The notes: generated by a model from the letters alone, not told the origin. Positions 20,591-31,001 are shown, numbered from the stretch's first letter. The stretch is 64,000 nt of DNA from Flavobacteriaceae bacterium (GCA_050249695.1 JBFWQA010000002.1:449842-513841), one strand, 5' to 3'. A program made the numbers and translations.

Positions 20591-21249
20591 TGTCGGCTGC
20601 CGACCGGAGGCGGGGGGAGGCACTCGCGCTCATCCGGCGATTCACCGATGTTTCACGTGAAACAGAGGAGCGGCTCGACCGCTATGCGGCGCTTCTCGTC
20701 AAATGGCAGAAGGTCAAGAATCTCGTTGGCCCGCGCACGCTCGACGATCTGTGGATGCGCCACATCGCCGACAGCGCCCAGTTGATCGCCTATATCGCGC
20801 CCGGCAAACGGATCGTGGACCTCGGCGCGGGCGCGGGATTGCCGGGAATTGTCCTCTCCATCCTGATCTCCGATTCGGACCCGAAAGGACATGTCCATCT
20901 GGTCGAAGCGAACAGCCGGAAAGCCGCCTTTCTGCTCGAAGCAGTGCGGCAGCTTTCCCTTCCCGCCAGCGTACACGCGGAGAGAATAGAAACATTCTCG
21001 GCGCGCGCAGACCGATTCGACTACGTAACGGCCCGTGCTCTGGCGCCGCTGAAAGACCTTGTTGCCATGAGTGCCGGCTGGGTTGAAAATGGCGCGACCG
21101 GCCTCTTTCTCAAGGGACAAGATGTTGATGAAGAGATCGCAGCTCTATCCAGATATGGTAATTTATCGTATGAAAAACATGTAAGCCTGACCGATCCGTC
21201 GGGCTGCGTCCTGGAACTTCGGCAGGCCGCTGCAGCGGCGCCATCCTGA
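20590..21249 (+). CDS. rsmG: 16S rRNA (guanine527-N7)-methyltransferase RsmG (GidB)
   Basis: ORF 20590..21249. DVSRETEERL...DLGAGAGLPGIVL. The start overlaps the mnmG stop (TGATG-type coupling). Confidence 0.93.
   Translation: MSAADRRRGEALALIRRFTDVSRETEERLDRYAALLVKWQKVKNLVGPRTLDDLWMRHIADSAQLIAYIAPGKRIVDLGAGAGLPGIVLSILISDSDPKGHVHLVEANSRKAAFLLEAVRQLSLPASVHAERIETFSARADRFDYVTARALAPLKDLVAMSAGWVENGATGLFLKGQDVDEEIAALSRYGNLSYEKHVSLTDPSGCVLELRQAAAAAPS
20649..20664. promoter_or_regulatory. Second parS site (TGTTTCACGTGAAACA), embedded in rsmG codons
   Basis: Identical 16-bp palindrome. In the rsmG frame it covers the DVSRET codons. Confidence 0.85.
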
Positions 21250-21262
21250 GGAATATTCTGCG

Positions 21263-22084
<822 letters not shown>

Positions 22085-22131
22085 AACCGATTCAGGTCCG
22101 AAATGACGACGCGCCCGGAGGAGATGTGACC

Positions 22132-22998
22132 ATGGCGGACGAACGCGGCTCGCGGCTGGGACGCGGCCTCGCCGCGCTGATCGGCGACACCGACAACGAT
22201 GCCCGCGCCATCGAGCGCGCGCGCACCCAGAGGCGTATCCCGATCGAATTCATCCAGCCGAACGCGCGCAATCCGCGGCGGAATTTCGAGGCCGAGGCGC
22301 TGGACGACCTTGTCCGGTCCATCGCCGAGAAGGGAATCGTCCAGCCGATCCTGGTGCGCCCGCTGGCCGAGGGCGGCAACAGATTCGAAATCATCGCCGG
22401 CGAACGCCGCTGGCGCGCGGCGCAGAAGGCCGGCCTGCATGAGGTGCCTGTCTTCGTCCACGACGCGGACGACCGCGAATCGCTGGAGCTCGCCATCATC
22501 GAGAATGTCCAGCGCGCCGATCTCAACGCGCTTGAGGAAGCAACTGGCTACGACCAGTTGATGAACGAATTTTCCTATACACAACAACAACTTGCGGACA
22601 GAATCGGCAAGAGCAGAAGCCATATCGCCAACACGTTGCGGCTGCTCAGGCTGCCCGAATCGGTGAAGGCCTTCGTCGCCGATGGCAGGCTGTCGGCCGG
22701 TCACGCCAGGGCCGTCGCGGCGATGGACGATCCGGAAGCGGCGGCGCGGCGTATCATCGAGGGCGGCATGTCGGTGCGCGAGGCCGAAAAGCTCTCCTCG
22801 GCGACGCGAAGCGGCGGCAAGCCTGCGGCTCCCCGACAGACAAAGGACGCCGATACCAGGGCGTTGGAGGAAAGTCTTGCCAACGCGCTCGGCCTCAAGG
22901 TGGATTTAAGACATTCCGGCGACGGCGGCGAGCTGCGCCTTCGCTACAGGACGCTTGAGCAGCTCGACGAGCTGGTGCGTCTGCTAACCGCGCGCTGA
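22132..22998 (+). CDS. parB: Chromosome partitioning protein ParB
   Basis: Within ORF 22009..22998. RLGRGLAALIGD...GERRWRAA... plus an HTH region. ATG 22132 is preceded by GGAGGAG. Confidence 0.94.
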   Translation: MADERGSRLGRGLAALIGDTDNDARAIERARTQRRIPIEFIQPNARNPRRNFEAEALDDLVRSIAEKGIVQPILVRPLAEGGNRFEIIAGERRWRAAQKAGLHEVPVFVHDADDRESLELAIIENVQRADLNALEEATGYDQLMNEFSYTQQQLADRIGKSRSHIANTLRLLRLPESVKAFVADGRLSAGHARAVAAMDDPEAAARRIIEGGMSVREAEKLSSATRSGGKPAAPRQTKDADTRALEESLANALGLKVDLRHSGDGGELRLRYRTLEQLDELVRLLTAR

Positions 22999-24021
22999 CC
23001 CTGCCTGGCGCCGGGCGCGAAGCGTCAATTCGAGCGCGAGCGCGCGCAGAAGCGCTTCGGCCAATGCCGGCTTCTGGCGGATTTCCAGATCCTTTTCCCG
23101 GATGCGGGCAATCGCCGCCTGCAGGTCGCCGAGCGTCCACAAGGTCAGCTGCCGGCGAAAGGTGGCCTCCCGCTTGAAGAATACCGGCGGACGCAGCCGT
23201 TTCATCGCCGATTCCGCCGTCATGCCGCGCTCGATGGCGGCGCGCGCCTCCATGAGCCGCGCAAAATGCCGGCCGATGGCGCCAACGAGCTGCTGCGGCG
23301 CCCGGTCCTCGGCGATCGCCTGGCGGATGTCGTGCTCGACGCCGGCCACGTCGCCGGTGCCGATATTGTCGGCGATCGAATCGGTTTCCAGCGCCGCCGC
23401 ATCGGCCGTAACCGCAAGGACGTCCTCGACCGTTATTCGCCCCTTGCCGTCCCCGTAAAGCGCGAGCTTCTGGAGTTCGTTGCGGCTGGCGCGCCGGTCG
23501 GCGCCGAGCAGACCGGTGAGCATCGCCCTCGCGTCGCGATCGAGCTCGAGGCCGGCGGCGCGCATCTCCTCGTCGATCAGGCGGGTGAGGCTCTGGGCCG
23601 TATCCGCGTAGGCCGGCAGGGCCGCCACCGCGTGATGCCGCTCGGCGAAGCGGCGCACCGGGCTTGAAGGTTTCAGGTCCCCGGCCTCGATGATCAGCCA
23701 GCCATATTCCAGCCCGTTGTCCACGGCGGCCTCGATCTGGGGGAGGACGTTGCGGCTTCCCAGGCGAAGCCGGATGACCTTCTTGTCGGCGAAAAGCCCC
23801 GCCCCGCCCAATTCGTCGGCCAGCCGGCCGGGCTCGCCCGCGATCTCGTCGCCCTCCAGCCGATCGACAGAGAAAGAACCGCCTTGGGCGCCGGCAAAAT
23901 GCCGGGTGAGAATATCCGCCCGCTCCGACACCAGCCCGGTATCAGGCCCGTAGAGCAGGATGGCGGCCTTGTCGGGGGTCTTCAGGAAGCGGTCGATCTC
24001 CTGCCCCTTGATCGCGACCAT
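22984..24021 (-). CDS. holA: DNA polymerase III delta subunit
   Basis: ORF 22984..24021. The length, the position next to lptE/leuS and the N-terminus (AILLYGPDTGLVSERA) fit HolA. Confidence 0.85.
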   Translation of the reverse strand: MVAIKGQEIDRFLKTPDKAAILLYGPDTGLVSERADILTRHFAGAQGGSFSVDRLEGDEIAGEPGRLADELGGAGLFADKKVIRLRLGSRNVLPQIEAAVDNGLEYGWLIIEAGDLKPSSPVRRFAERHHAVAALPAYADTAQSLTRLIDEEMRAAGLELDRDARAMLTGLLGADRRASRNELQKLALYGDGKGRITVEDVLAVTADAAALETDSIADNIGTGDVAGVEHDIRQAIAEDRAPQQLVGAIGRHFARLMEARAAIERGMTAESAMKRLRPPVFFKREATFRRQLTLWTLGDLQAAIARIREKDLEIRQKPALAEALLRALALELTLRARRQAGSARG

Positions 24022-24036
24022 GCCCGTTGCGCGCTT

Positions 24037-24552
24037 CTATTTTGCCGCGAAATGCCCGGCGAGCAACGCGTACAGGTCGTCGGCCAGCGCCGTCGCGGCC
24101 CTGTCCTCGGCGTCGAGCTGCGCGCGGTCGTTGGCGAAACGCTGCTGCGACCAGTCGAAAGACGCTTCCCGCGTCAAGGCACCGGAATCGAGAACGGTGT
24201 CGCCCTGTTTGAGCTGATAACTCGTTGAAACACGCACGAAACGCGCCTGCGGCTTGCCGCCGATCGTGCGCACCAGGACAGAGGATGTCGTCGTTTCCGT
24301 CCGCAGATCCAGCGTGTAGCGGTCGCCCGCCGGCTGTCCGCCGTTGAGCCGGAAGCCGAGCTGGTTCTGGAGTACCTGTTCGACACGGTCGTTCGGCACG
24401 GTGAGGCTGATGGACGCCAGATCGGCGGAAACGCTGCTGCCGGTCGTGCTGTCGACACTGCCGTAGAGCGGGCGCATGTTGCAGGCGGCCGGCAAGGTCA
24501 GCAGGAGGAGCGCCGCGAGCAGACGCGGAACAAGGCGATCAGGCAACGACAT
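24037..24552 (-). CDS. lptE: LPS-assembly lipoprotein LptE
   Basis: ORF 24037..24552. It has a lipobox-like LTLPAAC. It overlaps the leuS 3' end, matching the conserved leuS-lptE-holA order. Confidence 0.82.
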   Translation of the reverse strand: MSLPDRLVPRLLAALLLLTLPAACNMRPLYGSVDSTTGSSVSADLASISLTVPNDRVEQVLQNQLGFRLNGGQPAGDRYTLDLRTETTTSSVLVRTIGGKPQARFVRVSTSYQLKQGDTVLDSGALTREASFDWSQQRFANDRAQLDAEDRAATALADDLYALLAGHFAAK

Positions 24553-27139
24553 TCACGATTCTCCCCGGCACGACGATCACCTTGCGGACCGGACTTCCGG
24601 CCAGCGCCCGGACGACCCCGTCCAGCGCGAGCGCGGCCGTCTCGATCTCACCCGTTGCAGCGTCCCTGGCAATCACGAGCTCGTCGCGCTTCTTGCCGTT
24701 GACCTGCACCGGCAGAAGGATCGTGTCCTCCACCAGCAGGGCCTGATCGTAATCGGGCCACGCCGTAAATACCACCAGTTCCTCGTTACCGAGCAGGCGC
24801 CAGCACTCCTCGGCGAAATGCGGCATCATCGGCGCGCATATCCGCACGATCATGGACGCCGCCTCGCGCAGCGCCCAGGCCAGATCGGGCGCGGGCGCCG
24901 CTCCGTCGGGCAGCGCGGCGGAGAGCGCGTTGGCGCTTTCGTAGATATGGGCGATGGCGCGGTTGAAGCGCAGCTTCTCGATATCCTCGCCGACGTTTCG
25001 GACCGCCTTGTGAACGGTCCGCCGCAGCGCCGCGGCTTCCTCGCCGAACGCGGCCGGCCTCGCGCCGGTGTCGCCGAGCGCCGCAACCTGATGGACGAGC
25101 CGCCAGAGGCGCTGCACGAAGCGCCAGGCGCCGTCGATCCCCGATTCGGTCCATTCGATATCGCGTTCCGGCGGCGTGTCGGAGAGCATGAACCAGCGCG
25201 CCGTGTCGGCCCCGTACTGGGCGATGATCGCTTCCGGATCGACGACGTTCTTCCTGGACTTCGACATCTTCTCGGCCGGGCCGAGCGTCAGCGTCTCGCC
25301 GCTGTCCTTGTGAACCCACACGCCGTCGCGCTGCACGGCGAATGCCGGCTCGACCCATTCGCCGCTTTTCTTGCGGAACGTCTCGTGGATCACCATCCCT
25401 TGCGTGAAGAGGCTGGCGAAGGGCTCGTCGATGGAGGCGTGGCCGGTCCTGCGCATCGCGCGCATGAAGAAGCGGGAATAGAGCAGGTGCAGGATCGCGT
25501 GCTCGATACCGCCGATATACTGGTCGACCGGCAGAAATCTTTCCGCCGCGGCAAGATCGACGGGCGTATCGGCGTGCGGCGCGCAGAAGCGGGCGAAATA
25601 CCAGGACGAATCGATGAAGGTGTCGAACGTGTCGGTTTCGCGCGTCGCATTCGCGCCGCAGGAGGGGCAATGCACATGCTTCCAGGTCGGGTGCCGGTCC
25701 AGCGGATTGCCCGGCTGGTCGAAGGTGACGTCCTCCGGCAGCGTCACCGGCAGGTCCTTCTTGGGAACCGGCACCACGCCGCACGTCCCGCAATGGATGA
25801 CGGGAATCGGGCAGCCCCAGTAGCGCTGGCGCGAAACGCCCCAATCGCGCAGGCGGAAATTCACCCGCCGTTCGCCGATGCCCGCTGCCTCCATGCGCCG
25901 CGCGATCTCGCCCTTTGCCTCCTCGACGGAAAGCCCGTCTAGGAAATCGGAATTGATCATCCTGACGGCGGCGCCCTCCTTCTCCAGATAGGCCTCGTCG
26001 CCGACCGAGAAAGCCGCCGGATCGACATTGACCGGCGCAACGACGGGCGTGACGTCGAGCCCGTATTTGCGGGCGAAGTCGAGATCGCGCTGGTCATGCG
26101 CGGGGCAACCGAAGATCGCGCCCTCGCCGTAACCCATCAGCACGAAATTGGCGGCAAAGACGGGCAGGCGCACATCCGGCCGGAAAGGATGAATGGCGTA
26201 GAGACCGGTCGGCACGCCATGTTTCTCGGCACGCTCGATGGCCTCTTCGCTGGTACCGAGCGCGGCGACCTCGCGGCGGAAAGCGGCGAGCGCGGGGTCG
26301 CTCTCGGCCAGCTGGCGCGCCAGCGGATGGTCGGCGGCGATGGCGCAGAAGCTCGCGCCGAAGATCGTATCGTGGCGGGTTGTGTAGACTGTCAGCCCGC
26401 CTTCCACGGCGCGGCCCTCGCCATCCACGAGGTCGAAGGTGAAGCGCATGCCCTCGGAGCGGCCGATCCAGTTGCGCTGCATCAGGCGCACCTTCTCGGG
26501 CCAGTTCTCCAGCGTGTCGAGCGCGTCGAGCAGATCCTGCGCATAGTCGGTGATGCGCATGAACCATTGCGCAAGCTCGCGCTTTTCGACAGGCGCGCCC
26601 GAGCGCCAGCCCTTGCCGTCGATCACCTGCTCGTTGGCCAGGACGGTATGATCCACCGGATCCCAGTTGACCATCGAGACGCGCCGGTCAACGAGGCCGG
26701 CAGCCATGAAGTCGATGAACATCTCCTGCTCGTGCCGGTAGTAGGACGGATCGCAGGTGGCGAATTCGCGCGACCAGTCGAGCGACAGGCCCATCGCCTT
26801 GAGCTGCCGGCGCATCGTGTCGATATTGGCGTAGGTCCATTTCGCCGGATGTACGCCGCGGTCCATCGCAGCGTTCTCCGCCGGCATGCCGAAGGCGTCC
26901 CAACCCATCGGGTGGAGTACGGCAAAGCCTTTCGCCCGCTTGTAGCGGGCGAGCACGTCGCCCATCGTATAGTTGCGCACATGTCCCATATGGATGTTGC
27001 CGGAGGGATAGGGGAACATCTCCAGCACGTAATAGGGCGGGCGCGCGGGGTCGTCCGGCGTGGCGAAGGCATCGCGCTCATTCCAGGCGGCCTGCCAGCG
27101 TGCTTCCACCGGTCCGGCATTGTAACGTTCGATCGACAT
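24539..27139 (-). CDS. leuS: Leucine--tRNA ligase
   Basis: ORF 24539..27139. The HIGH motif ([15 protein letters not shown]) and KMSKS are present. Confidence 0.97.
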   Translation of the reverse strand: MSIERYNAGPVEARWQAAWNERDAFATPDDPARPPYYVLEMFPYPSGNIHMGHVRNYTMGDVLARYKRAKGFAVLHPMGWDAFGMPAENAAMDRGVHPAKWTYANIDTMRRQLKAMGLSLDWSREFATCDPSYYRHEQEMFIDFMAAGLVDRRVSMVNWDPVDHTVLANEQVIDGKGWRSGAPVEKRELAQWFMRITDYAQDLLDALDTLENWPEKVRLMQRNWIGRSEGMRFTFDLVDGEGRAVEGGLTVYTTRHDTIFGASFCAIAADHPLARQLAESDPALAAFRREVAALGTSEEAIERAEKHGVPTGLYAIHPFRPDVRLPVFAANFVLMGYGEGAIFGCPAHDQRDLDFARKYGLDVTPVVAPVNVDPAAFSVGDEAYLEKEGAAVRMINSDFLDGLSVEEAKGEIARRMEAAGIGERRVNFRLRDWGVSRQRYWGCPIPVIHCGTCGVVPVPKKDLPVTLPEDVTFDQPGNPLDRHPTWKHVHCPSCGANATRETDTFDTFIDSSWYFARFCAPHADTPVDLAAAERFLPVDQYIGGIEHAILHLLYSRFFMRAMRRTGHASIDEPFASLFTQGMVIHETFRKKSGEWVEPAFAVQRDGVWVHKDSGETLTLGPAEKMSKSRKNVVDPEAIIAQYGADTARWFMLSDTPPERDIEWTESGIDGAWRFVQRLWRLVHQVAALGDTGARPAAFGEEAAALRRTVHKAVRNVGEDIEKLRFNRAIAHIYESANALSAALPDGAAPAPDLAWALREAASMIVRICAPMMPHFAEECWRLLGNEELVVFTAWPDYDQALLVEDTILLPVQVNGKKRDELVIARDAATGEIETAALALDGVVRALAGSPVRKVIVVPGRIVNVVA

Positions 27140-27267
27140 GGGCTATGCGACATTCCTGAAAGGCGGCCGGCGGCAGCCTCGTCGCCGCGCCGGCCCGATC
27201 GCCCCTTCCCTTAAAGGGCAATATGAAAACCCGGGATGAATAGAATCCCTGACGGATCGCTGCAAGC

Positions 27268-27957
27268 ATGATGGCGGAAAACGCGCAGAATCACGAAGGT
27301 GCCGCCCACAAGGGCCTTGCCGATGTCCGCAGGCGGATTGAGCGGGCGGCGGACGATGCCGGCCGCGACCCGTCCGATATCCATCTCGTGGCGGTGACCA
27401 AGACCTTCGGCCCGGAGGCGATCGAACCGGTCATCATGGCGGGACAGAGGGCGTTCGGCGAAAACCGGGTCCAAGAAGCCGAAGCCAAATGGCCGGCGCT
27501 GAAGCAACGGCACTCGGGCCTCGAGCTTCACCTGATCGGGCCGCTGCAATCGAACAAGGCGGCGAACGCCGTGGCGCTGTTCGACGTCATCCATACCATC
27601 GACCGTGACAAGATTGCCGGCGTCCTCGCCGCGGAAATGAAGAAGCAGGGCCGCTCGCCGGCGCTTTTCGTTCAGGTCAACACCGGGCTGGAGCCGCAGA
27701 AGGCCGGCGTCGCGCCGCAGGACCTCGCCGCGTTCCTTGCCCGTTGCCGGGACGAACATGGCCTGTCGGTCACAGGCCTGATGTGCATTCCACCCGTCGA
27801 TCAGCCGCCCTCGCCGCATTTCGCGCTGCTGGCCAAGCTCGCGCGCGAGAACGGGCTTTCAAACCTCAGCATGGGCATGAGCGGCGATTTTGAGGAAGCG
27901 ATCCAGCTCGGCGCGACGCATGTTCGCGTCGGCAGCGCGATCTTCGGCACGCGGTAG
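27268..27957 (+). CDS. yggS: YggS-family pyridoxal-phosphate homeostasis protein
   Basis: ORF 27268..27957. LVAVTKTF...FGENRVQE...HLIGPLQSNK...MGMSGDFEEAI. Confidence 0.9.
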   Translation: MMAENAQNHEGAAHKGLADVRRRIERAADDAGRDPSDIHLVAVTKTFGPEAIEPVIMAGQRAFGENRVQEAEAKWPALKQRHSGLELHLIGPLQSNKAANAVALFDVIHTIDRDKIAGVLAAEMKKQGRSPALFVQVNTGLEPQKAGVAPQDLAAFLARCRDEHGLSVTGLMCIPPVDQPPSPHFALLAKLARENGLSNLSMGMSGDFEEAIQLGATHVRVGSAIFGTR

Positions 27958-28054
27958 GGCGCGCTTCCACGCTTCACCATCATTCCCCGGCTCGACCGGG
28001 CAATCCATACCGCCTTGCTCTCAGCAACACGGGCGGCACGACGACGACTTTGAT

Positions 28055-28411
28055 CTAACCCTCTATAATCATGACCGTTTCCGTTGACAGCCGCGGCAGC
28101 AGCCGGGCCATGGTCGGCGGCTCGACAGCCACGCAGCCTTCCGTCGGATGGAAGCCCTCCCGGCAGATGTGCAGGAAGATCGCGCTGCCTCGCCCGGGCA
28201 GCACGGGGTCGTCGTTCCATCCAAGCTCGACCACGCAATCGTAGAGCCGGTCGTCGCGCCACATCCGTTCCGCGCTCGCCGGAAAGGGATGGCGCACGAG
28301 ACGGTTGTAGAGCGGATGGCCCGGCGAATCGCACCAGCCGTCGAACGGCCGGATCGCGCGCACCGGCAATCCGGTGACCGGCCGGTACAATCGGTCGGGC
28401 CGGTAGTGCAA
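28055..28411 (-). CDS. L,D-transpeptidase (YkuD) family protein; true N-terminus probably lies upstream of the listed TTG
   Basis: ORF 28055..28411. GSAIFLH...PTEGCVAV is the YkuD catalytic His/Cys context. The same frame stays open upstream to 28663 and encodes conserved-looking ...SRLPGAHHRGLLRAGNACFPCALGRSGLTQTKREGDGATPVATLPLRAL with no ATG/GTG/TTG. Confidence 0.7.
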   Translation of the reverse strand: MHYRPDRLYRPVTGLPVRAIRPFDGWCDSPGHPLYNRLVRHPFPASAERMWRDDRLYDCVVELGWNDDPVLPGRGSAIFLHICREGFHPTEGCVAVEPPTMARLLPRLSTETVMIIEG

Positions 28412-28702
28412 GGCGCGCAGCGGCAGGGTTGCGACCGGCGTCGCGCCGTCGCCCTCGCGCTTTGTCTGTGTCAGGCCGGAACGCCCGAGCGCACAGGGGA
28501 AGCAGGCATTCCCGGCGCGCAGCAGGCCGCGATGATGTGCGCCGGGCAGCCGGGAAACCGTCAGTTTTCCGAGAGCGACGATGGGCGACCCCCCGCTGTT
28601 TTCGTAGCGCCGGACCGGAGAGCGGATTGAAGACAGTTGCCGCAGCGGTGCGGGTGTTTTAGGACTTTAGAATCGGATTTCTGGTTCGGGAAGACCCAAG
28701 GG

Positions 28703-29389
28703 TTGAGCACGGCGCGACATATCCTGATCGTCGACGACGACGCGGTTCTTCGCGAATCGCTGCTGGAGCAGTTCTCGCTCCATGAGGAATTCGCGATGAG
28801 CGAGGCCGCCAGCGCGCAGGCGGCGATCAACAAGGTGCGCGCGGACCATTTCGACATGATCATCCTCGATGTCGGCCTGCCCGACATGGATGGCCGCGAG
28901 GCCTGCAAGCTGCTGCGCAAGGGCGGGTTCAAGAATCCGATCCTCATGCTGACCGGGCACGATTCGGATTCCGACACGATTCTCGGCCTCGAATCGGGGG
29001 CCAACGACTACATCACGAAACCGTTCCGCTTCATGGTGCTGCTTGCCCGGGTGCGCGCGCAGTTGCGTCAGCACGAGCAGAGCGAGGACGCGATCTTCAA
29101 TATCGGGCCTTACACGTTCAAGCCGGCGCAGAAGCTGCTGCTGCGCGACAATGGTTCCAAGCTGCGCCTGACGGAAAAGGAAGCGGCGATCCTGCGCTAT
29201 CTCTATCGGGCGGAAGAGGCGGTCGTCTCGCGTGAGGATCTGCTGCAGGACGTATGGGGTTACAATGCCGGCGTGACGACGCACACGCTGGAAACGCATA
29301 TCTATCGGCTTCGCCAGAAGATCGAGGCCGATCCGTCGAGCCCGGAACTGCTGATGACCGAAGGCGGCGGCTACAAGCTGCTGCCGTGA
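28703..29389 (+). CDS. OmpR/PhoB-family response regulator (receiver plus winged-helix DNA-binding domain)
   Basis: Within ORF 28637..29389. ILIVDDD...MIILDVGLPDMDG...DYITKPF...LTEKEAAILRYL...THIYRLRQKI. The start is TTG 28703 or the listed 28637. Confidence 0.88.
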   Translation: MSTARHILIVDDDAVLRESLLEQFSLHEEFAMSEAASAQAAINKVRADHFDMIILDVGLPDMDGREACKLLRKGGFKNPILMLTGHDSDSDTILGLESGANDYITKPFRFMVLLARVRAQLRQHEQSEDAIFNIGPYTFKPAQKLLLRDNGSKLRLTEKEAAILRYLYRAEEAVVSREDLLQDVWGYNAGVTTHTLETHIYRLRQKIEADPSSPELLMTEGGGYKLLP

Positions 29390-29405
29390 AAGGGACAGGC
29401 ATCCG

Positions 29406-29858
29406 ATGAGCCTTGACGAGGATGCGGAGCGTCTGAAGAGCCAGCCGATCTTTTCCAACTTCGGCGCCGAACAGCTCCGGCTGGTCGCCTTCAGCGCCGA
29501 GACGGTGCAGGTGCCGGCAAAGACGATCCTTTTCCGTGAGGGAGAGCCCGCCGATGGCGGCTGCCTGCTGATTGCCGGGCAGATCCTGCTGCGGTCGTCG
29601 GAGACCGGCCAGGAAACGCTGATCGACGAACCGGGCACGCTGCTCGGCGAGCTGGCGCTGCTGACCGAGATCACACGGCCGGCAACCGCCGCCACGGTCA
29701 CCGACTGCACGCTGATGATGCTGTCGCGCCGTCTGCTGCGGCGGGTGCTGGAGGAATATCCGGCCATGGCCGAGGTGCTTCGCATGGCCTTGGCGGAACG
29801 GTTGCACGCGCTTTCCGCCGACCTGTCGAAGCTGCATCCGGAATTCTCCAGAAGCTAG
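29406..29858 (+). CDS. Cyclic-nucleotide-binding domain protein (stand-alone cNMP domain)
   Basis: ORF 29406..29858. FREGEPADGGCLLIAGQI...GELALL... is a CAP-effector-domain-like pattern. No HTH region follows. Confidence 0.75.
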   Translation: MSLDEDAERLKSQPIFSNFGAEQLRLVAFSAETVQVPAKTILFREGEPADGGCLLIAGQILLRSSETGQETLIDEPGTLLGELALLTEITRPATAATVTDCTLMMLSRRLLRRVLEEYPAMAEVLRMALAERLHALSADLSKLHPEFSRS

Positions 29859-29877
29859 GTCGAGTGCCGGCTGTGCA

Positions 29878-30684
29878 CTACAGATCGAAATCCGCGATCA
29901 CGGGTACATGGTCCGACGGGCGCGGCCAGCCGCGCGCCTCGGCGAGGATGGAAAAGCCGCGGCAATGCCCCGACAGGTCCGGGCTCGTCCAGATATGGTC
30001 GAGCCGGCGGCCCCGGTTGGAAGCCTCCCAGTCCCTGGCGCGATAGCTCCACCAGGTATAGAGGCTTTCCGGCCTCAACGCTTCCTCGCGGGCGAGATCG
30101 GTGAAATGGCCGGCCGCCTGGATCGCCAGCAGCCCTTGCGTCTCAACCGGCGTGTGGCTGACGACGTTCAGAAGCTGCCTGTGGGACCACACATCATCCT
30201 CGTGCGGCGCGATGTTGAGGTCGCCGAGCAGGATGGCGTGATCGGCACCGGCGATATGCTGGCCGTCGGCCGCCCACTGGCGCATTTCCGCCAGATAGGA
30301 CAGCTTGTGGGCGAATTTGAGGTTGATCGCCGGGTCCGGTTCGTCGCCGCCGGCGGGCACGTAGAAATTGTGAACCCGCAGGCGCTTGCCGCCGATCTCG
30401 AAATCGCTGGCGAGATGGCGGGCATCGCCCACCTGACAGAAGTCGTGCCGCGTATGCGTGCTGCCCGGCAGGCGCGCCATCGTGGCAACGCCGTGATAGC
30501 CCTTCTGCCCGTTGATCCCGACATAGTCGAAGCCAAGCGAGCGCAGCCTCTTCAGCGGAAAGGCGTCCTCGATGCATTTGATTTCCTGCAGGCACAGGAT
30601 GTCGGGCCGGTAGCGCGCGACGAAATCGGCAACGATATCGATTCGCAGCCGAACCGAGTTGATGTTCCAGGTCGCGATCCGCAT
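29878..30684 (-). CDS. xthA: Exodeoxyribonuclease III
   Basis: Within ORF 29878..30825. MRIATWNINSVRLR...ILCLQEIK...DHVPVIADF. ATG at 30684. Confidence 0.92.
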   Translation of the reverse strand: MRIATWNINSVRLRIDIVADFVARYRPDILCLQEIKCIEDAFPLKRLRSLGFDYVGINGQKGYHGVATMARLPGSTHTRHDFCQVGDARHLASDFEIGGKRLRVHNFYVPAGGDEPDPAINLKFAHKLSYLAEMRQWAADGQHIAGADHAILLGDLNIAPHEDDVWSHRQLLNVVSHTPVETQGLLAIQAAGHFTDLAREEALRPESLYTWWSYRARDWEASNRGRRLDHIWTSPDLSGHCRGFSILAEARGWPRPSDHVPVIADFDL

Positions 30685-30773
30685 TTTCGGCTGTGCCCCC
30701 GCGCTTCTATCCGCCGCCCGCGAAGCGATTGCTACAGGTTTCGCCGCGTCCTGACCACCGGGTTTCCCCGCCC

Positions 30774-30814
30774 AAAGAAAAAGCGCCCGGCCTTGCGGGG
30801 GAAAGGCCGAGCGC
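30774..30814 (-). terminator. Rho-independent terminator
   Basis: On the minus strand GCGCTCGGCC-(12-nt loop)-GGCCGGGCGC forms a 10-bp stem with one G-U pair. It is followed by TTTTTCTTT. Confidence 0.75.
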
Positions 30815-31001
30815 TCCCATGTCATAAGACATGCTCACCGGGACCGGGTAAATCCCGGATCGAAGGCCCTCGCCTGGCCATTTCGGGGGCACGGCCGGCG
30901 GGAGGACCCTTCGTAATGCGAGATATGGTAAGCGCCCGATCGCCCTTCAAGTGCCCCGGCCTGCGGCCGCGAGGCGTCGCGGGATCTGAGGCACGGGAGT
31001 G
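30815..31001 (-). ncRNA. Candidate structured small RNA or structured lolA 3'UTR (unassigned; rod-like fold, 6S-like architecture possible)
   Basis: About 187 nt with no coding potential lies between the lolA stop and the terminator. Long-range complementarity seen by eye: CTCCCGTG/CATGGGAG, CTCA/TGAG, ATCCCG/CGGGAT, GGGGCAC/GTGCCCC. Local hairpins are CATGTC-TTAT-GACATG and CCGCGA-CGCC-TCGCGG. Confidence 0.3.

Noticed and set aside
30795-30830. GGGGGAAAGGCCGAGCGC on the + strand, resembling the RNase P RNA GAGGAAAGUCCGGGC box
   Set aside because: The match is partial. The segment forms the terminator stem on the minus strand, and the region is far too short for RNase P RNA.
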